A DNA stretch of 20,000 nucleotides from Rotaria socialis (Eukaryota), in contig CAJNYD010000047.1 of assembly GCA_905331295.1 (NCBI GenBank), positions 170,910 to 190,909 of the forward strand, given 5' to 3'. The position numbers and the translations under genes are program-made. Each line of letters starts with the position of its first letter. Within the stretch, counting starts at the first letter, position 1. This document shows, one piece after another, positions 1-8,600 of this stretch. The notes beneath the pieces are model-generated. The model did not search any database and was not told the DNA's origin. It saw nothing but the letters and a program-made list of their open reading frames with translations.

Positions 1-234
1 GAACGGCATTATATTTTTGTGGGAAACGATAGAGAAAGAGAAAGAGACTACAGACAAAAATAAATGAGAAGAAAATATCTTGCATCTCTAGTCATCTAGA
101 AAAATCGAATCATCACTATATAGACTTGATAGAAGCAATCTATCTTTTCTGTTTTTATGTACTTCATTTTGAATACCCTGTCTTACTTGCTTCATCTGAT
201 AAAGAATCTAAATTACATGCAAATCGGAAATATT

Positions 235-264
235 TCTTCTTGCTCTTCTTCTTCTTCTTCTTCT
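235..264. repeat. (CTT)n trinucleotide microsatellite, interrupted
   Basis: Direct reading: tcttcttgctcttcttcttcttcttcttct. It explains the poly-Phe run in the spurious 126..329 ORF. Confidence 0.9.
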
Positions 265-361
265 TTCTGCTTCCTATAGCTATTTTTGTTAGAATTTTTA
301 AGTCAATATTACTATTGTTTCGCATCTGACGGAATCGACGTGATCCTTTATATCTTATAAG

Positions 362-365
<4 letters not shown>

Positions 366-393
<28 letters not shown>
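366..393. repeat. (TC)14 microsatellite
   Basis: Direct reading of the sequence. Confidence 0.95.
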
Positions 394-396
<3 letters not shown>

Positions 397-557
397 TCTT
401 GATTTACTGCGGAGATGAATGTTATTGTCTCAGTTTTTTTCATTGACTCTATCGGTTGTTGTTTATTTGTTTTTGAACATTATATTTGACATAAAATCGA
501 GTTTTTATTTCTGTTATGTGTATGAATAAACAGCCAATCTTTAATGCAAAGAGGGAA

Positions 558-575
558 AGAGAGAGAGAGAGAGAG
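558..575. repeat. (AG)9 microsatellite
   Basis: Direct reading of the sequence; reverse-complement orientation to the (TC)14 tract. Confidence 0.95.
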
Positions 576-2060
576 GATGAACCATAAAATCGGCGTCTCG
601 AAGAGACAAGCTGAATGACGTCGTTTTTCTATTCGAAGTAAAAGAAAATAATGACAGAAAAGTAAACTTACGCTTATCTATTTAGTTAATTTTCATTAAA
701 AATGCGAAAAATAGTAGAGAGAATATGTAAATCAATTCGCTTATTTCCATTGGACCAATGTTTCGACAAAAAACAACGAGTAGTCATCACAATCTTCCTT
801 TTGGCTAAGAGGAAAAACACGATTCTCATCATACAAAAAAACATCGTATGCATACTATCAATAAATTGTTAGTCGACGATCGGGAAAAGAAGAAAAGACA
901 ACAGCTTGTTGCATTAACTATTAATAGTTGAATTAAAATATAAATGGGCATAGATTCGAATAGATAAAAACCTGAGACAGATTAGAAGATAATCGAAGAC
1001 AGAAATGTAGGTATGAAATATCAAGTATTGATTATTGCCGTTGTGCTTATGCCATAAAAGAAATGCTAACATGAAGCTAATACTAGTATGTAAATGACGG
1101 TGCTACAATAAAATAAAAGCAATCTTTGTTAAGTAATGCATCATTTTTTGGATAAAAGAATAACATAGCTGTTTTTTTTTGTGTGATGTAACTAAATCAT
1201 AAAGGTAAGACATCAATATATCTATCCAAAGAGAATCTTTTTATTTAATGCAATGCCGATTAGCAATGTTAATATTTCTTTTCAATCAAAAGAGATGAGT
1301 ATCGAGATATAAAAGTAACAAGTCAAAAATAGTTTTGTATGGCTTGAAAGATTCCATTGGATTCTTTACGAAAATGTGTAAATGAACATGACGGAATGTG
1401 TAATTCTATGTATTTTAGAAGCTAAAATAGACAACATTCAGATTCAGCATGGAGAACTAAAAATAATTCAATTACTAAAAGTTTCTTAATTAATGAATGC
1501 AAATTATTCTTGTAAAATTGCTTAATTAATAGAATTCGAAAAGTTTAGTCATCACAAAACAAAAGATAATGGATTAATAGTTTTTATTTTTTATTTATAT
1601 TTAGTACATACATGTCTATTTTTAGAGAGAATTTCATGAGGTCATATAACAATAATTGAGAAGAAAAAAAATATCAATCTATTTTCTAGCTGATTGATAG
1701 TACCATAAGTGTATCAAATTTGTTTTTTTATTATTGAATATCAACAATCTGAACTGTTTTGCTTGAAAACCTTCTTTTTTTTTCTTTTGTTCAAAGTATC
1801 AATTGTGTATCGTGCAGTAAAAATGGATTGAATCACAATTGATGGTTATTATTCAATTAGTAGATTGATTTTGTAAACGTTTATGTTCTCCAGAGTATTC
1901 TATGTGAACTTATTTTTGTTTCTCTTCTTTTTCTAGAGATCGTTTATCTTGATTTATCATGGAACATTAAGTATTTATTTTCCTATGCGATTTGTAGACA
2001 TAATGAATATAACTATTATTTAAATTAAGATAAGATTGTATAATAAATCCTTGAGATTGA

Positions 2061-2078
2061 ATATATATATATATATAT
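2061..2078. repeat. (AT)9 microsatellite
   Basis: Direct reading of the sequence. Confidence 0.9.
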
Positions 2079-2272
2079 GCTTATTAATTAATTTCCGCAA
2101 GGCTACAAGAAGTACTCAGGGTATTTGCCTAATTTGATCAGTACTTTTTTCAATAGCTACAAGTAATTAAATGAACATCTAGAATGATTTCTACGAAGAA
2201 AACCAACAATTTAACCTCTCAATAAATGTTCAAATGAAAAAAAAGATGGCGTTGAATATCATTGAATATACG

Positions 2273-3070
2273 TATATGGGCAAAATCAGGCAAAACGCGA
2301 CATACACCCCTTCATTCGATTTTTATTCTCCACACAGGCTTTCTTTTTGAATAATTTCTTTTATCACTGACTTACGTGAAACTCTTTACTCTTTCACATG
2401 ACTATTAATTAATTAATTAAAAAGTAATTAGTGATTTTCGTGCAAACGGTATGAGAAAAAAGTCTGAAAATATCATGATAGACTCCAGAGTCGAAGCTGC
2501 GTCTATGATAAAAATTTTCAGCCAGATTGAATTCCAAAAAATTTCCTCCGCAAAAACTGGCTCCATAAATAAGCAATCAAGTGTAGAGCCACATCTGGTT
2601 ATGCTATTATAATCCCTGGACTCTGAGAAATGACTTGTACGATTATGAAGATATCTTTTCGGTAGTGTATTCGTACTTCATCACGTAGCCAACGAAAAAT
2701 TCATACGTTTGACAGAAAAATCTAAACATGCTGAAGAAAACATTGCATACGTATGTTGTAACCCGAGATGGTGTCTACCGGATATCGAATTTAGTTTTCT
2801 AAAATTATGTGGCAGTTTGGAGTTCTTTTTTTAAATTGAAGTCCGTAAAGTGAAAATTCGTGTCCTTTTTTGGTTCACGTCGCTAAAGACTGTTTTTTCC
2901 AGATAATTCCTATCAACAAAGCTCCTTAGTACTGATTTCTGCAGGATATCGAGAGTCACTTAAGATCCATATAATATATAAAAATCAAGTCTAGAAAAGC
3001 TGACTGTTTCGAGATATAGATATTTGAATTTTACGAAATCATGTCGCTAACAAATGATTTTGCCCATATA
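2273..3070. mobile_element. Non-autonomous TIR DNA transposon (MITE-like), about 800 bp
   Basis: TATATGGGCAAAATCA (2273-2288) is the perfect reverse complement of TGATTTTGCCCATATA (3055-3070). A second matched block, GCGACAT (2297-2303) / ATGTCGC (3041-3047), lies just inside. The outer TA/TATA bases may be the target-site duplication. No ORF of 60 aa or more inside. Confidence 0.75.
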
Positions 3071-3243
3071 TAAATTTGCTTCAAATAAAAGTAGCTGCTT
3101 GTCAAGCATTGATAGCGTGTTAGGAATAAAAAATGATCACGTGTTACAGTTAAACGTTTAATTACTTAATATGTTGAACAAAAATAGCTCATGTTACAAT
3201 CTCTGAGGTATTTAGAAGCCAAATTTCATGTAACTGCTCTTGC

Positions 3244-3847
3244 NNNNNNNNNNNNNNNNNNNNNNNNNNNNNNNNNNNNNNNNNNNNNNNNNNNNNNNNN
3301 NNNNNNNNNNNNNNNNNNNNNNNNNNNNNNNNNNNNNNNNNNNNNNNNNNNNNNNNNNNNNNNNNNNNNNNNNNNNNNNNNNNNNNNNNNNNNNNNNNNN
3401 NNNNNNNNNNNNNNNNNNNNNNNNNNNNNNNNNNNNNNNNNNNNNNNNNNNNNNNNNNNNNNNNNNNNNNNNNNNNNNNNNNNNNNNNNNNNNNNNNNNN
3501 NNNNNNNNNNNNNNNNNNNNNNNNNNNNNNNNNNNNNNNNNNNNNNNNNNNNNNNNNNNNNNNNNNNNNNNNNNNNNNNNNNNNNNNNNNNNNNNNNNNN
3601 NNNNNNNNNNNNNNNNNNNNNNNNNNNNNNNNNNNNNNNNNNNNNNNNNNNNNNNNNNNNNNNNNNNNNNNNNNNNNNNNNNNNNNNNNNNNNNNNNNNN
3701 NNNNNNNNNNNNNNNNNNNNNNNNNNNNNNNNNNNNNNNNNNNNNNNNNNNNNNNNNNNNNNNNNNNNNNNNNNNNNNNNNNNNNNNNNNNNNNNNNNNN
3801 NNNNNNNNNNNNNNNNNNNNNNNNNNNNNNNNNNNNNNNNNNNNNNN
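3244..3847. other. Assembly gap (604 N)
   Basis: Run of N; the four X-filled ORFs in the track are artefacts of it. Confidence 1.
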
Positions 3848-4554
3848 TGGTGCAGGTCGATTGCCTATGTTCACCACTACTCATATCAGTAATAAAAATC
3901 TAGTTTCACTAATTAGAAATCATTATAATTACGATTTAATTTCTGATTAATCATCAAAATCTGTCGTTTTTATTATTATAGTCCATAGTTACAACAGTAT
4001 CGTATATTTTATTATTACAGACGTTAACAACAAGTGCATGCTACCGCTACAGAAGCTAACAACTGGTTCATGTTACTATTGCACTCGTTACTTCTACCAC
4101 CTACAATAAACAGATGAAGATTTTAATCTTTGGTTTTTCTCACACAAATACCTTATTCTAGAGCTTGAATCCACTTTAGTGTATTTACAATTAGCAACTT
4201 TTCCATCCACTGAGAAGCTTTTATCAAATTTTCGTTTATGAAAAAATGTATCAATTTCTCACCTGATAATACGAAAAAATCTAAATTTTTCAACAATATT
4301 ATTAGCTATATCCTAAATACTGTTTAAACTATTATCATTCACAATATTTCTCAATGAAACCACTAAACATTTCAGCATACTGACATATTCTAAACAAAAA
4401 GTTTTTTATACGTTCTCTCTAGTAATATTTCCTATTGATAGACTCAATAAACTTCAAATGTTAAAAAGGTTTTATTATCTTATTTTTGAACAAAATATGA
4501 TCTCACTATACTGAAAAAATAAAACTTCTATTTGATCAGTATCTAACTGACCGA

Positions 4555-5200
4555 AATATGTGAGTTCCACATTTTAGCCCCAACGGGGCTGCGCTGAAAA
4601 GTTTTTTCGAAAAACTTTTAGGTACTTTGGATACCACACGAACTAACCATATTTCATTTATTTAATTAGTTAAATTACGTTCAATAGAATTGGTTAGCCA
4701 AAAATTACATAGTATCAAGCCTGGCGAATATGATGGATATGACATTATATTGATGCTTTCTTCTGTCATCTAATTAATAACATTGAATAAGTATGGAGTC
4801 AACGATGATCGTCAAACAATTTTGTACATTTTGACCCTGATATCTCGGCTTGTTTCCATATTTCATTAACAAAAAGCTTCGGAGAATTTTCAATATGATA
4901 CTTGTGACCTACAGTCTTGCCTGTATCTACGCTGAGCACTATTTTATTTAAAGAATATACTAAACAAAGTTTTGGTTAAAATCTGTTTTCATGAACAATA
5001 GTCTTTGACGATTCATTTTCAATAACCCAGCTAGCATCATATGACTTATCACTAACTTATCTAAAATAAATCCATATCTCATCACTAGTAGTGCTAGAAC
5101 GCAACTGCCATGATCAAACAAAATTTCATAAAATTTTTAAAACAATGAAATATGATTAGCCCGTGTGGTAGTCAAGGTACCTAAAAGTTTTTTCGAAAAA
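4555..5200. mobile_element. Degenerate inverted-repeat element with about 57-bp arms and flanking hairpins (non-autonomous transposon; class uncertain)
   Basis: 4602-4658 is the reverse complement of 5144-5200 with 6 mismatches and a 1-nt indel. A hairpin AGCCCC-AAC-GGGGCT (4576-4590) lies outside the left arm. The outer boundaries are approximate and no TSD was identified. Confidence 0.6.
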
Positions 5201-5460
5201 GAGTTCAAAAAAAAAACTTTTAACAAACTGTTAGAAAGGATTCAACTTGATATATATAATCATGGCAACTATCATCAACATTTAATAAAATATAACTCGA
5301 ACTTTCTCTTTTTCTTTAATCTTTTTCTAAATTACAGAGCTTTTGGTCAGATCTAAGTAAAATAAACTTTTCAAACTGTCTCTATGTGATAGACTTTAAG
5401 CGAAACATGAAACAAAATAAATTTGAATGACACATCTTGCAATTACCGAATTGTCTTCAA

Positions 5461-5474
5461 CTGCCATCTAGCGT
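5461..5474 (-). promoter_or_regulatory. CTCF-like motif about 150 bp upstream of the ArgRS start codon
   Basis: The minus strand reads ACGCTAGATGGCAG, close to the CTCF core consensus CC(A/G)(C/G)(C/T)AG(A/G)(G/T)GGC(A/G)(G/C). It is a GC-rich word in very AT-rich DNA. Function is inferred only. Confidence 0.4.
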
Positions 5475-5623
5475 GATTGATCGAAAACGAATGAACACCA
5501 TCTATTATGAAGTCCTGATTATTTAACTTGAGTATTGAACTAACAAATAGTAAAGATATATCAAACTTAGTCTATGGTTTAATAATTGGCTTTTAAGAAG
5601 TTTTACTACGTAGATATATCATA

Positions 5624-8600
5624 ATGAATTTACTACGTCAACAAGCTGTTCGTCAGGTATTATTGGAAATAGAGAATTTTACAGGCATAAAAATATATAA
5701 ATCTTTGCAGATTAAAATATTACTCCGTTCAATACCTGAAATTCGTTGTATTAATGATGATCAAGCAAATTTTGATGAAAAACTCTATGCATTAACACGT
5801 GTCGAATCAATCCGTCATAAAACATCAGCTATGTAAGACTTTCTGTGATGAAGAAAATACTTACAAGAACTATCAAATCTTCTCAATAGGCCTTTAGGTC
5901 GTTTTATAGTGTCATTACCACAATGCCAAGCTGCTTCATTAATTGATGGTGATCTTGAATTTAATAAGCATACAAATATTCGCTCGTTGGTAAATAGAAA
6001 AATCAAAACTATTGCAATAAAAATCTTATTGTATTTTACCAGCCAATCGAACAAACGAATCAAGAAGGAGTCTTAGATAAAGACGGTGGTTTAAGAGTAC
6101 CAGTCAATCCTTCTACATTCATTAATGTAAATTATCATTATGAATGAAGATTTTTTCAATTATGATTATTGTAGACTGCTTTGAATGATTTAATTCCAGT
6201 GTTTCGTTCGTCTTTGTTTTACGATCAAAAACGATATCGATGGTATTTTGATGATTGGAGAAAAATGCCAAAATGGACTGAAATAAATGATGAATCTTTA
6301 ATGGAACGAAAAACGAAAAAACTTGTTGTTGAATTCAGGTAAGACTAAATAAGAATTCATAGGATAACTTGAAATTTGAAATAAAAATCCAATTTAGTTC
6401 CCCTAATATTGCTAAACCTCTCCATGCAGGACATTTACGATCGACATTAGTGGGTCAATTTATTTCAACAATACATGAGCGTTTCGGTCATTCGGTCTAT
6501 CGTTTAAATTATCTCGGTGATTGGGGAACACAATATGGTATGAAAATACATCATGTTAAAAATAAATTTTTTCTATTGCTCAATTTAGGTCTTCTTGCTG
6601 TTGGGTTTTCAAAATTTGGATCGTATGACGAACTTAATAAACATCCACTTAAACATCTTCTTGATGTAAATATGACTGCAATAGATTCTCTTTACTACAG
6701 ACTGTTCTTTTTCCAGGTCTATGTTCGTGCAAATAAAGATGAATCGTTACATGAGGATGCCATGAAATATTTTGCTAAAATGGAAACAGGTAAATGATAC
6801 TGCTCTAGATTTGTAACTTGAAAAATTGAAGATAAGAATGCTCAATGTTTAAATTTGCATGCATATTTTTATTTGTGATATAACCCGAATAGTTTTATCT
6901 CTCACTACTGTTGATTATAGGTGACAAAGAAGCAATAGACTTATGGAAAAAATTTCGTGAATTATCAATAGATAATTTAAAACAAGTTTACCAAGTAAAT
7001 TAATTCTCATTATTCAGACACTTTCTATTTATTTATGCTCTATTTTTTGTTCAGCTATTTGGTATTCATTTTGATGAATATCAATCAGAATCACAATTTA
7101 GTAAACAAGCCAAAGAAATCATTGATAAACTTGATCAACTTGGCTATTGTAAAAAACGTGACGATGGCGTTTTAGAAGCGACTATTCCTTCTAAATATAA
7201 TTCATTGCCACGAGATGCTTGTGTTGTTGTTCAAAAATCGGATGGAACTACGCTATATATAACGAGGTTAGTTGAGAGAATTCTTGTTTTATTTTTGTAT
7301 GGTATAATTTTTTTAGAGATATTGCTGCATTAAAAACACGTTTAGAAACAATTCCCATTGAGAAAATATTGTACGTGGTAAGTTTTTGAGCAGAAGAAAA
7401 TAAAAAACTAAATGTACTTTGCGTTTACTTTTATTTTGCAAAGGTAGATTCTAGTCAAACAGAACATTTTCGAAATTTATTAACAATATCAAAAGCAATG
7501 CAGATTGATCAAGTGAAAAATTGGTTTGAAATTTCATTAATATACTTGAAATGAATATGAATGGTTTGTGTATTTTTTTTAGGGATTTAGATGATTTTTA
7601 TGTTCCATTCGGTCGTATGATTAATTTTCAAACACGAAAAGGAAAATTCGATTTATTATCTGATGTATTAGATGATGCAAACGAACGAGCACAAGAAGGA
7701 CTTGATCGATTTTTGAGTAAGTTAAAATTACTTTACGACACTGATGAAATAATAGAATTCTTATTGTGTTCAACATAGTGTAGTTTTTCTTAAACTTTCG
7801 AAGTATAGAATAATTTTGAAAAATTTAATTTTAGTTCGTAGAGATGGAATCGATCATGCTAAAGTATCTGCGGTAATTGGAAAAGCTTATTTAATTTTAA
7901 ACGATTTCTCACGTGCGCGACGTGCTGATTATATGTTTTCTTGGCATGAAATATCATCGAAAGATGGTGTTGCTTTTCTACTTCTCTATTGTCATGCTCG
8001 ACTGTGCAGGTAAAATATTTGTTTTGAAAAATTTTAAATACAAAAGGACGTTTGTTTTTCTAGTCTAGAAAAACAAGTTAAAATGCCTATCGATTGGTCA
8101 GCCAATGTTAATCTATTAACAGATCGGCAAGAACATATTCTTATACAGCAATTGAGCACGTAAGTAAATATACATATTCGAGACTAATTTTTATGAAAAA
8201 GAAAATGTTCATGAATAAGATTATCGATAGAATTTATGACTATTGACAGATTTAGTAGTTCAATATTTTCCTTGTAAGTTATACGTTCTACCTAAGTACT
8301 AGAATAGACGAATGTCGCAGTTGAATAAGGGTGTCACTGGGTGTGTGATAGAAGACAAATAGAGATTAATGATTTACCTAAAAATCATACATTATATATA
8401 ATAAGTTTCATTGATTACTGGTAAATATTGTAGAGTTCAAGTACTGAATTAGTAAAAACAGTTTGCATTGATACTTGTAATGATTTGACATTTTCTACGA
8501 AACCATAGGCAATAACGATTATGTCGAAGATTAATATATTGATTTGATAGCTACTTAAGATTACATATTTATTATGTATTTTGACAAAACCATGTTGTAT

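Noticed and set aside
126..329. 67-aa plus-strand ORF with poly-Phe
   Set aside because: Non-ATG start, and the Phe run is simply the (CTT)n microsatellite.
3189..3950. Four ORFs of 221-236 aa
   Set aside because: They consist almost entirely of X from the N gap.
4090..4265. Minus-strand open stretch (EIDTFFHKRKFDKSFSVDGKVANCKYTK...) after a possible splice acceptor
   Set aside because: Short, no recognisable motif and no linkable upstream exon; cannot be supported without a homology search.
5165..5356. 63-aa ORF
   Set aside because: GTG start inside an inverted-repeat arm, with low-complexity AT-driven composition.
5815..6063. 82-aa minus-strand ORF
   Set aside because: Antisense shadow of ArgRS exons 2-4 and their introns.
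7717..7834. Possible micro-exon in the double-length 118-nt ArgRS intron (internal CATAG/TGTAG)
   Set aside because: The flanking exons already join in frame and no frame-preserving AG-exon-GT unit was found.
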